DNA from: Chiloscyllium plagiosum
Lineage: Eukaryota
Length of the DNA: 64,000 nucleotides
Reading direction: 5' to 3'
Assembly (NCBI RefSeq): GCF_004010195.1
Contig: NC_057712.1
Coordinates: forward strand, 78,015,929 to 78,079,928
Part shown: one piece after another, positions 1-11,183 of the stretch
Layout of the letters: each line of letters begins with the position of its first letter
Position numbering within the stretch: position 1 is the first letter of the stretch
Notes under the pieces: generated by a model
Told to the model about the DNA's origin: nothing
The model's database searches: none
The model's input: only the letters and a program-made list of their open reading frames with translations
Translations under genes and position numbers: made by a program

Positions 1-1
1 C

Positions 2-492
2 AAAACGCTTACTGAATTGGCAAGTATATCTTGAAAAATTAAGTCTCTTGTAGGCAAGCAACTAATGGATAAAGAGGGGAGCAAGCCAACCCCTTCATCA
101 GGTTATAAGAATACAACATAATTTATATTCATTAACCCATTCTGGAGATAATTTGCTCTTATATTTTAAGTCTTAAATATTTTGATGTGAATTGCTTTCA
201 AAAGAACTAGATTAAAATATTTCACCAGCTACTTGCATATTTATATAGCTTAAGCTTACAATTGCCATTAGCTTGAATATATTTCCAGTCAGTGCTACTG
301 GAGTGAAAGGTGCAGAAATAAACTAAATGTAGGATTTCTCTGCAACTTCTGAAAAGGGAAGAAAATGCTTTCAGGGGAGCAACCTGCTGAGCGCAGAACT
401 GGTCTGGTGGCAAAAGATGCCTGGAAAATATTGTTCGTTGTGTAATGAACATAGTATCAATGATTCCATTTCACGTGCAATAATGTTCAGAG
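2..492 (+). pseudogene. Dynein HC-like exon, AAA4 (just after Walker A)
   Basis: From base 2, KTLTELASIS* resembles KQSLTRLAAFIS. NLYSLTHSGDNLLLYF resembles LYIKAGLKNIGTVF. KDAWK then IVRCVMN (frameshifted) resembles NCWKFFIDRVRRQL. Candidate donor cagag|gttagg at 492. Confidence 0.55.
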
Positions 493-724
493 GTTAGGTA
501 TACAATGAATAATTAACAAGCAGGAGTGTTTAAACTAAATTGCATTTAATTCAAAACAATAATGGAGAGTCATTCTTGTTTCCTTTCTATACATAAGTCT
601 ACTTTTGAAATTATGCCTTTCCCTTAATAGTTATTTCATGTGCTATGAAAAAAAGGCTCTAATATAATTGTAGAAGCAAAACAGTAGCAAAGCTATAGTA
701 TTGTGATTTGTGTGATCCTAGCAG

Positions 725-968
725 ATTTTAGTGTTCATTTATGATATAAATAAAATCTATGTGATCCTAAATGGCCTGTGCATGTGCTGGCTTGCTGCAT
801 GATCCAATGTTCTGTATAATAATTCAAGTGTCAGTTTATCGTTCCAAAGAAACTGAGAGAAAGTACTGTACAAATTTTGCAGAAACTTTATTAAGGCATT
901 TTCTAACAGAAGGAAGCTGCCTTTGGGCTCAGCAATCCATATCTGTAGGTTCTGTGTGTATGTGGAAG
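725..968 (+). pseudogene. Dynein HC-like exon, AAA4 end/lid
   Basis: DPKWPVHVLACC resembles FQEWPEDALEAV. YRSKETERKYCTNFAETLL resembles YLQNERRYNYTTPKSFL. Acceptor ctagcag| and strong donor aag|gtaaga. Confidence 0.55.
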
Positions 969-1139
969 GTAAGAAGAGATGATTATCACCCATAAGTAGA
1001 AGAGCTCCACATTTTAACCAACATTCTGTGAAAATTGTTTCCTGCATTAAATAACGTAGCTTACTTTTTAAGATTATAACTTCTATTCTGAATTCTATCA
1101 CCAAAGTATGTGCTCCATCGAAAACTATAATCATTTTAC

Positions 1140-1560
1140 ACTTCAGTTAAATCATTTATGAACCTTGTAAACTCAAGAACATGCAGACCAATTTTATGCA
1201 ACCTGTTCTCATAAATGAGTCATTTCAATCCTGCTATAATTAAATATATGTACTCCAATTCCAGAACATCTTTTCTAAGATGAATTACCCCTATCCGAGG
1301 ATATTACTCCATACAGAGACTGACCAATGCTCTGAACCATTTTTTCATTTGACATTCTAACTCCCTTGAGCCAAAAGCCAACTCTTTAATAGCCTATATG
1401 ATCTATGGTATATTTTGTCCTAGCTTTTAATGGTTTCTATGCATAAATCTCTTTGCTCTTCCAGAGCTTGTGTTTTCTTACCATTAAAGAGTATTCCAAA
1501 CAATTCCTGTTAGTCCTTCTCGACTGGGACATGCAAGATTTCATGTATCATTTACTTCCT
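1140..1560 (-). mobile_element. Highly degenerate CR1-like LINE fragment
   Basis: Weak similarity to the minus-strand CR1 RT 3' region at 9700-10150. Confidence 0.4.
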
Positions 1561-2592
1561 TTTCGTAGCTAACTTCTTATTCCTATCATTACAATTTACC
1601 ATACATTCGCAATTAATTTCATTTTCAATTGTTTTTTATCCATATCATTAATACATAAAATGGAAAGTTACCGCCCCTGTACTGAATACTGGACAGCCAA
1701 TTATCACGCAGTGTGAAGTTAAAAATGTTCCCTTGATGTATACTTTTTTATCTCCCAATTACCAATCCGAACCATAAACGTTTTCCAATCACCAGAACTA
1801 ACGACACTAAGTGCAGAGCAAGTACTGATCAAGAGATTGTTACCATTATTAAAAAGATGCAGACCAGCCCAACTTAGTGGGCCCAAAACACAATCTAACG
1901 TCCTTCACCAGGTCTATATGCGTGTAACTACAAATCAGATTTACTCATTGTGAACCTTCTATTACTGGTTGAATTAGAGGAGCAATGGGGATGATAAAAC
2001 CAGAATAGGGTTGGGTTAAGTGATGAGCCGCAGAAGATTCAAAGGTCATACTTGGAAAACAATGATATTGATCAAAGTGATTTCCTAACTTGCAATTAAT
2101 CTTCCTGTGAAGAAATTATTTTGTGAGCATTTAGTGTGGTGTATTAAAGGGTAGGAAGACTTGCATGCTGTTTAACAGCAGCATTTAAAACAAAATGGTT
2201 GGGGCTGTTCTCCCTTCACCCCTATAATTTCATTAAAAATGTGACAGAAATTCTGTTTTCAAACATTCATGGTGATTCTGTTGCACATCAGCTAAATTAC
2301 GCTGACAGAACAGGAGCAGCTTCTAGGAATTTCCCAGGCGCTGTGCTGATACACTCCATAAACAGTAACTGGCATAGTTGATCTCAGTTGTTTGTAATTG
2401 CTTAAACATTCCACAAAATGAAAAATTTAACATGGTGTGAAATGTTCTAGTCAATATCACATGACTGAATGATGACATTAATTTAGTCAATGGAATTGTT
2501 CAAAAACAAATTGAATGGCAGGTGGCAGACTGATCATATTAACAGGAGGCAAAATATTCTCTTTATTCTAGTAGAGCTCAATCACTGAGGTG

Positions 2593-2710
2593 TTTTGTGA
2601 TGCAATGGTAGTACCACTACCTTCGAGCTAGGAGGCCTGGTCTCAAGGCGCACCTGCTCCATAGGTATGTAATAACTTCTAAACAGTTTGACTTGCAAAT
2701 ATCTACAACT
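2593..2710 (+). mobile_element. Short tRNA-like-headed SINE copy
   Basis: tgcaatggtagt...ctcaaggcgcacctgctcc...aaacagtttgact; same family as the units at 6905-7250. Confidence 0.5.
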
Positions 2711-3581
2711 AAGTCATTATTGTAGCACTAAACTAATTGCTGAATGGATTAATTAAAATTAATTATACTAGATCCTGCTCAGAATAGGAGAATTAAATGA
2801 GACATGAAATAATGGGCCAGTCTTGATTGCATTCAAAACCCCATCATTCTGTGCCTTAGTTAGTCCTCTTTAGAAAAACATATCCATATTGAGTGAAGCT
2901 TGAGGCAGGTCTTGCAATTCTTAAATAGTTGCCGCGTGACCATCATCAAAAACTTTAGTTCTTTCAAAATACAATATTGTTGCTGTGGTGCTGGGAAGAT
3001 CAGATCTTCATAACGTTTCAATTGTACCCACCATCTATTGCTACTCTACCCATTGAGTGCCATATACACCCTGGGACTTCTGTGGTCTGTGAGACAAGCA
3101 TTTCTTTCAAGGAGAGGAAAGGTTTAAGCCATCGTTGCTAAGATTGTTGATTATCTGGAGATTTCTCCCCATGCACTCCCACTTCATAGTCCCTTAACCT
3201 CACACAACCCATGTCAACTTCTTTTCATGATGAACAACTTTAAAGACTCATTTCATGTTTCTATCCATTTAAATTGATTTCTTCTTATTTCTAACCAATT
3301 TATTCTCTTTTAGTCTAATCTATTTTCATATGCATCCATGTTTCTTCCAACCCTCTGTCAACATCGCAATCTCCATTTCTTGGCTCTAAACAACTCCTTA
3401 TCAGTAGGGGTGTCTAATTTATTCAAATCTTCATTTTTCGGCTTGCTGTCATACTAAATAATTGAATAGTCATGTCGACTCTGTGAAGTTCTCCTTAGAA
3501 ACATCTGGGGACTCATGCCAAAATCTGGAGAGTTGTGTGACAGACTAGTCAAGCGACAATCTGACATAGTCATAATCATGG

Positions 3582-3708
3582 AGGAGAAAGTGAGGACTGC
3601 AGATGCTGGAGATTAGAGTGGAGATTGTGGTATTGGAAAAGCACAGCAGTTCAAGCAGCATCCGAGGAGCAGGAGAATTGATGTTTCAGGCATAAGCCAT
3701 TCATCAGC
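3582..3708 (-). mobile_element. PLE 3' end (pLTR fragment) with degenerate hammerhead
   Basis: Similar to 10960-11040; contains the reverse complement of CTGATGAA...GAAAC. Confidence 0.75.
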
Positions 3709-3721
3709 CCTTCATAGTTAT

Positions 3722-4180
3722 CAAAGTTTGTGCGAAGATTTGTAGCTCGGGTGGTCGTTGTTGTGGTTCTGTTCGCCGAGCTGGAAGTTTTTGTTGCAAA
3801 CGTTTCGTCCCCTGGCTAGGCGACATCATCAGTGCTTGGGAGCCTCCTGTGAAGCGCTTCTTTGATGTTTCCTCCGGTGTTTATAGTGGTCTGTCCCTGC
3901 CGCTTCCGGTTGTCAGTTTCAGCTGTCCGCTGTAGTGGTTGGTATATTGGGTCGAGGTCGATGTGTTTGTTGATGGAGTTGATGGAGTTGTTGATGGAAT
4001 ATACCAACCACTACAGCGGACAGCTGAAACTGACAACCGGAGCGGCAGGGACAGACCACTATAAACACCGGAGGAAACATCAAAGAAGCGCTTCACAGGA
4101 GGCTCCCAAGCACTGATGATGTCGCCTAGCCAGGGGATGAAACGTTTGCAACAAAAACTTCCAGCTCGGCGAACAGAACC
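3722..4180. mobile_element. Palindromic PLE insertion (second PLE family): inverted arms 3765-3948 and 3998-4180
   Basis: Near-perfect ~183-bp inverted repeat. Minus strand encodes a PLE C-terminus (SINKHIDLDPIYQPL). TSD ttcatagttat at 3711 and 4181. Confidence 0.85.
4110..4150 (+). ncRNA. Minimal type-I hammerhead ribozyme motif
   Basis: gca-CTGATGA-stem II-GAAA-cg-TT-tgc; mirror copy on the minus strand at ~3795-3835. Confidence 0.7.
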
Positions 4181-5139
4181 TTCATAGTTATAATTATGAA
4201 ATCATACTTTACAGACAATGTCTCAGACACAACCATCTCCACCCCTGGATATGTCCTATTCTAATGGTAGAACATATCCAACAGAGGTCGCAGCACAATG
4301 ATATACAGTCGGGAGGAACTTGCCCTGGGAGTCCTCAGCATTGACTCCAGGTGCCATGATGTTTCATGGCTTCAGATTAAACATGAGCAAGGAAGACTCC
4401 TGCTAATTACCACATACTGTCCTCCATCTACTGATGAAACTCCTTAATGTTGAACTACATTTGGAGGAAACACTGAGAGTGGCAAGGGCTCAAAATGCAC
4501 TCTGGATGGGGGCTTTCAATGCCTATCACTGAGAGTTGCAGTACTACTGATCGAGCTGATCAGGCCCTAAAGGACATAGCTGCTCGACTGGGTCTGCAGG
4601 TGGTTAGAGAACCAACAAGGGGTGTTAACTGGATCGGACTTCGAACAGAACATCCAGGACCAGGCAACCTTGAGACGCTGTGGGCCATCAACAGCAGTGA
4701 ATGGTATTTCAGTACAATCTGCAATCTCATGGCCTAGCATATTTCTCACTCAACCATTACCATCAAGCCAGAGATCAACGCTGGTTCAGTGAACAGTGCA
4801 GGAGAGTATGTCAGGAACAGCACTAGGCATACCTAAAGATGAGGTGTCAATCTGATTAAGCTAACATGCATGCCAGACAGCATATACAGTAAGTGATAGA
4901 CTAAGCTAAGCGATCCCACAAGCAATGGATCAGATCTAAGCTCTGCAGTCCTGCCACATCCAGTCATGAATGTGCTGTGGTGAACAATGAAACAATTAAC
5001 TGGAGGAAGAAACTCCACAAGTATCCCCACCCTTAATGAGGGAAGAGCCCAATACAACAGTGCAAAAGAAAAGAAAGTAGAGTGTTGAGGGAAGGGAGCC
5101 AGTGGGAACCCAAATAGGGATTGGTCACCCCTGTCTTCC

Positions 5140-5260
5140 TTTGCTTAGCTACTGTTAATTCTGAAGAAGGATCACTGGACTTGAAACATTGACTCTGCTT
5201 TCTCTCCACAGATGCTGCCGGACCTGCAGAGTTTCTCCAGCAATTTCTGCTTCTGTTTTC
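5140..5260 (+). mobile_element. PLE-type 3' fragment with hammerhead-like core
   Basis: ctgaagaaggatcactggacttgaaacattgactctg...gatgctgccggacctgc. Confidence 0.55.
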
Positions 5261-5779
5261 ACCAATCCATCTTTTGGCGCTCCTTCTGATCATTTGATTT
5301 AGCACCTACATTTTGATTACTCCTCTGTGGAACACATTGAGACAATTTCCTCTGTCAAGTGCATTATGTAAATGTAATAGATCCGTCCTGATCCAAAGTA
5401 TTTTTTCAGCAGCAGGCAAAACTAAATTGTTTATATCTTGACATGAAGTTGCCTGGATCTGGCCTCTGGCTAATGAATCCTGACTTCCCTACAAACAAAC
5501 CCCATTGTAAATCTGGTACTGTTTTTATTCATTCTTGGGCTGTGAGTGATACTGGCAAGGTCAAATTTATTGCTCATCCCTGGTTATCTTGAGAAGGTTA
5601 TTTGTTTAGCCATTTTACTTGTACTTCTTCTAATGTGGAAAAATGCCCCAGGAAGACATTCACAAAAACAGAGGCAAACTGGTCTTTAAGCTGACGTTAA
5701 ATTACAAATGAGTGATGAAAATTCCATTACACACTGAGTAAAAATATGGATGCGTACTTGATCTATTTCATCTCAAGAC

Positions 5780-6435
5780 TCGGATTGCATTGAAATGTAA
5801 GTCATATATTTCACAAGCAACAGGCTGAAACAGAACAGTTACAGGAGACTGAATTTCACTAGAAAATACAACAATAGAGTCAATTTTGTTCTTTCAATTA
5901 TGTCACAGCTAAGTATCAGTTACTGCAAAAGGATTTGTACAAATAATAGTTAGTTACATACTGTAGTGTTAACCCATCCCTCCCCTGTTGACTTAACCTT
6001 GAGTATTTTACTGTAGGTGTGGTGGATAGGGTAGATCAGTTCTCTTTAGTTTTACATTCAACTGTTTTGGAATCCAGTTATCCTTCTTTGCAATTTATTG
6101 CTCACTTTACAAAGAAGAAGAATGTGTGGAAAATTTGTTTCTTTGTACCCAGGTCTCTGCACCCACTTTGTGGTGATCGTGCTCTCAAATTCTGTTTGTC
6201 TTTAAACACAGCTCTTCATATTAACCCTTTATGGAAGACAACCACAGTGAATTCAAGCAAATATAAAGTTAAAAATGCAGTACTAATGCTAGCATTCTCT
6301 TCAAATAGTACAAGTTTCCTTTCATTTAGTTAATGACATGTAGAGGAGATGAGAGATAGGAGGAATGTTACAGACAGTTCATGGGAAATACTGCCTAACC
6401 TTGGAAAACCTTATGTGATCTCTTTCATGCACTCT
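5780..6435 (+). pseudogene. Dynein HC-like exon(s), stalk CC1 and start of microtubule-binding domain
   Basis: Coiled-coil-like HKQQAETEQLQETEFH*KIQQ. ORF 6019-6333 (...LNTALHINPL...KVKNAVLML) continues in the same frame past TAA TGA into NVTDSSWEILPNLGKPYVISFMHS, resembling AVMVLL...DRSWKAAKVLMGKVDQFLDSL. Confidence 0.55.
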
Positions 6436-6658
6436 GTAGCATTTCCTAAGCTGGCTGCTATTACACTGTCTATATCAACAATTCCACTTCAGAGTTTTTT
6501 CATTCATATATGAGTCATGGGGATCACTGCTAAGGCCAGTGTTTATTGTCCATTCCAAATGGATATGATGAGTATGATTGTCCGCTGGGAAATAATTGGT
6601 GGGAAACTAGATAAAACAATCTTCATAATTGTAGTATTATTTTACTTTGGTTGTTTAG

Positions 6659-6880
6659 GGAAATAATGACATATCTCCAGGGGTCTTTGAAACTCTTCAC
6701 AATGTTTCTTTGGATAGTCATGTCCAATAGTGCTTTTGGCTTCTTCAGTTTCTGGCTGGTCGGAACTTTGAGAGGCCAAGAACACAATTGGATATCATTA
6801 ATCCGAAGAAACTTTTTGAAGAGTTTCAAAATGTGTTGAAATGCCTTCACATTGACTCAAATTCCATGTAGTCTTTAAGA
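6659..6880 (+). pseudogene. Dynein HC-like exon, microtubule-binding domain to stalk CC2
   Basis: Acceptor ttgtttag|. GNNDISPGVFETL resembles DKDNIPP. SNSAFGFFSFWLVG (shifted frame) resembles ASSAAAGLCSWV. DIINPKKLFEEFQ resembles KVVAPKKAKLAEAE. Donor aga|gtatgt. Confidence 0.6.
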
Positions 6881-6904
6881 GTATGTAATTGTGATGGTAG
6901 CACT

Positions 6905-7250
6905 CTTGAGGTATAATGGTAGTGTCCCTGCTACCAGCCAGCAATTCCATGCTCAAGGCCTACTAGCCCTGCAAGTGAGCCATATTATGTCTGAAGAGGT
7001 TGATTCATATACTTGGTGGGCTCTTATGGCATAGTGCTGATGTCCCTATCTCTAGGTCAGAAGAGCACGTGCTCTAGTGGTCTGTCATAACAGCTTGATT
7101 AAAAATGTCTATAATTATGATGGCAGGACTCTTGGGACACAATGTAGTGTCCTTATCTCTAAATCAGAAGGTTTGGGTTCAGGTCTCACCTGTTCAGGAG
7201 ATGTGTCATAATAACCATAAACAGCTATATTAAAATTAGACTACAATTAT
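6905..7250 (+). repeat. Three tandem degenerate copies (~115 bp) of a short SINE
   Basis: Recurring (t/a)gtgtccc/ctatctct...cataa...gattaaaa motif near 6910, 7030 and 7135. Confidence 0.6.
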
Positions 7251-7515
7251 GAAGGTCATTTTATCTAGTTTCCTATTAACTATTTCCTAAGTGGACAATC
7301 ATACTTGTGAGCAAGTGATTGTCATTGCCTCTGGTAATGAACCTGTTCAACAAAGTGGCCAATGTGAGCTGGTCTGTGGGATTTAACCCATTGTAAACTT
7401 AAACCAATTTTGTACATAATCTCACAATGGTTAATAGATACTTATCTCTAAGTATAATAATAATGATATTTTAACTTCTTCACAGACAATGTCACCCCAA
7501 AAGGTGCCACAAGAA

Positions 7516-8730
7516 CAGAAGAGGAGATAAGGAAACTCGTGGAATCAACATTGATCCTGTGTGGTTGGAGGCGGGAGATGAGGCGTTCTTCCTCCAGGCA
7601 TCGGGTGGCTAGAATTTAGCGATGGAGGATGCCCAGGACTTGCATGTCCTTGGCAGAATGGGAGGTGGAGTTGAAGTGTTCAGCCATGGGGCAGTGGGGT
7701 TGTTTAGTGTGTGCATCCCAGAGATTGTTCTGTGAAACATTCCACAAGTTGGCGTCCTGTCTCCCTAATGTAGAAGAGACCACATCAAGAGCAATGGACA
7801 TAATAGATGATGTGTGTGGAAGTGCAAGAAAATTGCTGTCAGATGTGGAAGGATCCTTTGGGGCCTTGGATGGAGATGAGGGAGAAGGCATGGGCACAGG
7901 TTTTGCACCTCTTGCGGTGACAAGGTAAGGTGCCAGGAGTTAGGGGTGGGTTGCTGGGAACCATTCTCTCTGCGACTCCCTTGTTAGGTCCATGTCTCCC
8001 AGCAACCCACCTTCCACTGCCGGTACCTTCCTTTGCCAGCGCAAGAGGTGTAAAACCTGCACCCACACTTCCCCACTTACCTCAGGCCAAGGCCCCAAAG
8101 GATCCTTCCACATACAGCAGAGATTTTCTTGCTCATCCAAACACCTCGTCTGCTGTGTCCATTACTCTCAATGTGGTTTCCTCTACACTTGGGAAACAAG
8201 ACATCAAATTGTGGAACGTTTCAGAGAACACTTTTGGGACACATGCACTAAACAACTGCAATGCCCTTTGGTCGAACACTTCAACACCCCCTCCCACTCC
8301 GCAAGTCCTATGCTTCCTCCACTGCAAATTTCTTGCCACCCGACGCCTAGAGGAAGAATACCTCAGGACCCTCCAAACACACGGAATCAATTTCACTAGT
8401 TTCCTCATCTCTCTTCCCCTTGCATTATCCCAGATCGCATCTTCCAACTCGGCACCGCCCTGTTGAACTGTCCTACATGTCTATCTTCCTTCCAACCTAT
8501 CCGCTCCACCCTCCTCTCCAACCTACCACCGTCAACGCCCACCTGAATCTACTTATCACATTCCCAGCAACCATCTCCCCAGCCCCACCCTCCTCCCATT
8601 TATCTCTCAGTCCCTTGGGCACCCACCCCCCTCACATTCCTAATGCAGAGTTTATGCTTGAAACATCGACTCTCCTGTTCCTCAGATGCTTCCGGACTGG
8701 TTGTGCTTTTCCAGCACCACACTTTTTGAC
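7516..8730. mobile_element. PLE GIY-YIG endonuclease region as an inverted pair (minus 7516-7955, plus 7960-8730)
   Basis: CxRKRCKTC motif, VCCVHYSQCGFLYTWET (degenerate GIY-YIG) and ERFREH on both strands; degenerate hammerhead near 8640-8670. Confidence 0.85.
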
Positions 8731-9349
8731 AAGTGTTTAGTGGTGCTCAGTTTCTCTGAAATGGTGAGCCTAGAGAGTCATCATAAAAGGAGCAGTGCTA
8801 TGAAATGTGTGGACATTTTTCAGAATTTCTCAAGGCTGTTGACTCTCAAAGGCACATGATGGAAAAGTCCATCTAAGACACAATGGCACCATATCTCTAG
8901 TGAATACATAGCCTCTTCCATTAAGAAAATGGCAACCCTCCTAAAGAGTTAGATGCAGCATACCCTATAGATGAAGGAGGTGCATGCCAATATCCACAGT
9001 CTAGTCTCATTGTGATGAGTCATCAATGGGCAAGTTGATCCTGAGAATTTTGGACCCATTATCAGATGTTGAACCACTCCTAGTACACAGAGGTGTGCAG
9101 ATTAAACTGGTTAAGAGATAACTGCTTGCACCTTATTAGCCTCTAATATCTTCTTGTCCCCTTTGATGATGACACAAGCACTTCATGAAGTCTTATAAAG
9201 ACCCATTAGAACATCAGAAATAGGAGCAGGAGAAAAACCTGCTTCACTATTCAATGTGATCATAATGGATCTTGAACGTCATTCTGATTTCTTCGACTAC
9301 GCTTCATTTTTCATGATTCCCTAAAAGATTACAATCTCTGCATCTCATT

Positions 9350-10570
9350 CATAGAACATGGAAAAGTACAGCTCAGAACAGGCCCATCGGCCCGCAATGG
9401 TATACCGAGGAGTAATCCTAATCTGAAATAAAATAACCTAAGCTACGCACCCCTCAATTCACTGCTGTCTATGTGCCTGTCCAGCAGTCGCTTAAATGTC
9501 CCTAATAACTCTGCTTACACCACCACAGCTGGCAACGCATTCCATGCATTCACAACTCACTGCATAAAGAACCTATCTCTGACATCTCCTCTATACCTTC
9601 CTCCTAAGATCTTAAAATTATGACCCCTCGTGCTAGTCAATCTTGCCTTGGGGAAAAGTCTCTGGCTATTGACTGTATCCATGCCTCTCATTACCTTGTA
9701 TACTTCGATCAGGTCACCTCTCTTCCTCCTTCTCTCCAAAGAGAAAAGTCCAAACTTAGTCAATCTCGCATCATAAGACAAGCCCTCCAGTCCAGGCAGC
9801 ATCCTGGTAAACCTACTTCGCACCCTCTCCAAAGCCTCCGTATCTTTCCTGTAATACGGCAACCAGAACTGGACACAATATTCCAAGTGTGGTCTCACCA
9901 GGGCCTTGTAGAGCTGCAGCAAAACCTCGTGGCTCTTAAACTTGATCCCCCTGTTAATGAAAGCCAAAACACCAAATGCTTTCTTAACAAGCCTATCCAC
10001 TTGGGTAGCAACTTTGAGGGATCTATGCACTTGAACACCAAGATCCTGCTCTTCCTCCACACTGCCAAGAATCCTGTCTTTACTCCTATATTCATCATTC
10101 AAGTTTGACCTTCCAAAATGCATCACTTCATATTTATCCAGGTTGAACTCCATCTGCCATTTCCCAGCCCAGCTCTGCATCCTGTCTATGTCACACAGCA
10201 GACTGTAACAGCCCTCAATATTATCAACGGACCTCCAACCTTTGTGTCATCGGCAAATTTACTAACCCACCCCTCACCCTCCTCGTCCAAGTCATTTATA
10301 AAAACTACAATAAGCAGAGGCCCAAGAACAGAGCTGTGTGGAACACTACTCACTACTGACCTCCAGGCAGAATACTTTCCATCTACAACCACTCTCTGCC
10401 TTCTGTCAGCCAACCAATTCTGAATCCAGACAGGCAGATCTCCCTGTATCCCATGCCTCCTGCCTTTATGAATGAGCCTACCATGGGGGAACCTTATCAA
10501 ATGCCTTACTGAAGTCCATATACACCACATCCATTGCTTAAACTTTGTGGACATGTCTCATCACCTCCTA
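9350..10570 (-). mobile_element. 5'-truncated CR1 LINE (RT C-terminal half + 3' UTR)
   Basis: ORFs 10186-10554 (SVLGPLL...INDL...SKFADDTK) and 9557-10180 (LVRPHLEYCVQFW, RGDLIEVYK). Confidence 0.95.
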
Positions 10571-10664
10571 AGAGTAATCAATGCTAACACCTCCATAAAC
10601 CTCTGGGGTAGAGGATCGCAAAACGTTCACAAGCTTTGGAATGAATTTTTTTTTGTTTCATCAG

Positions 10665-10792
10665 CTCAGTGATCACCATCTTATCCTGAAATTGTGCCTT
10701 TTCTTCTCGATTCCCCATCAGGGGAAATAACAGGAATAATTTACTGGGAGTGCAAGGAGTCTTTAAAAGGATAGCTGGAGGAACTAAATTTG
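10665..10792 (+). pseudogene. Possible dynein HC-like exon (stalk CC2)
   Basis: Good acceptor ttttttgtttcatcag| and donor ttg|gtatga; ends ECKESLKG*LEELNL (coiled-coil-like). Position fits, but motif support is weak. Confidence 0.3.
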
Positions 10793-11008
10793 GTATGAGG
10801 AAAACATTCAATTGTTTTCAATAGCAATTTAAAGATTTTCTATCAAGTCATCAGATCGTTTAGGCAGTTCAGTTTTCTGTATCAAGAAATTATTTTACAT
10901 TTATCTTCCTGCACTTGCAGTGAGTGCAAACACCTTCAGTTACTTGGATCTGGATTAGCGGTGCTGGAAGAGCACAGCAGTTCAGGCAGCATCCAAGGAG
11001 CAGTGAAA

Positions 11009-11040
11009 TCGACGTTTCGGGCAAAAGCCCTTCATCAGGA
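11009..11040 (-). ncRNA. Minimal hammerhead ribozyme in PLE pLTR
   Basis: Minus strand tc-CTGATGA-agggcttttgccc-GAAA-cg-TC-ga. Confidence 0.8.
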
Positions 11041-11147
11041 AAAAAGGCAGTGAGCCTGAAGCGTGGAGAGATAAGCTAGAGGAGGGTGGGGGTGGGGAGA
11101 AAGTAGCATAGAGTACAATGGGTGAGTGGAGGAGGGGATGAAGGTGA

Positions 11148-11183
11148 NNNNNNNNNNNNNNNNNNNNNNNNNNNNNNNNNNNN
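11148..11183. other. Assembly gap (N run) within the PLE endonuclease region
   Basis: Run of N. Confidence 1.

Larger units (their letters stand above)
3470..5070 (+). mobile_element. Degenerate LINE (L2/CR1-group, endonuclease region) interrupted by two PLE insertions
   Basis: LKDIAARLGLQVVREPTRG is typical of an APE domain; homologous to minus-strand pieces at 47600-48650. Confidence 0.6.
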
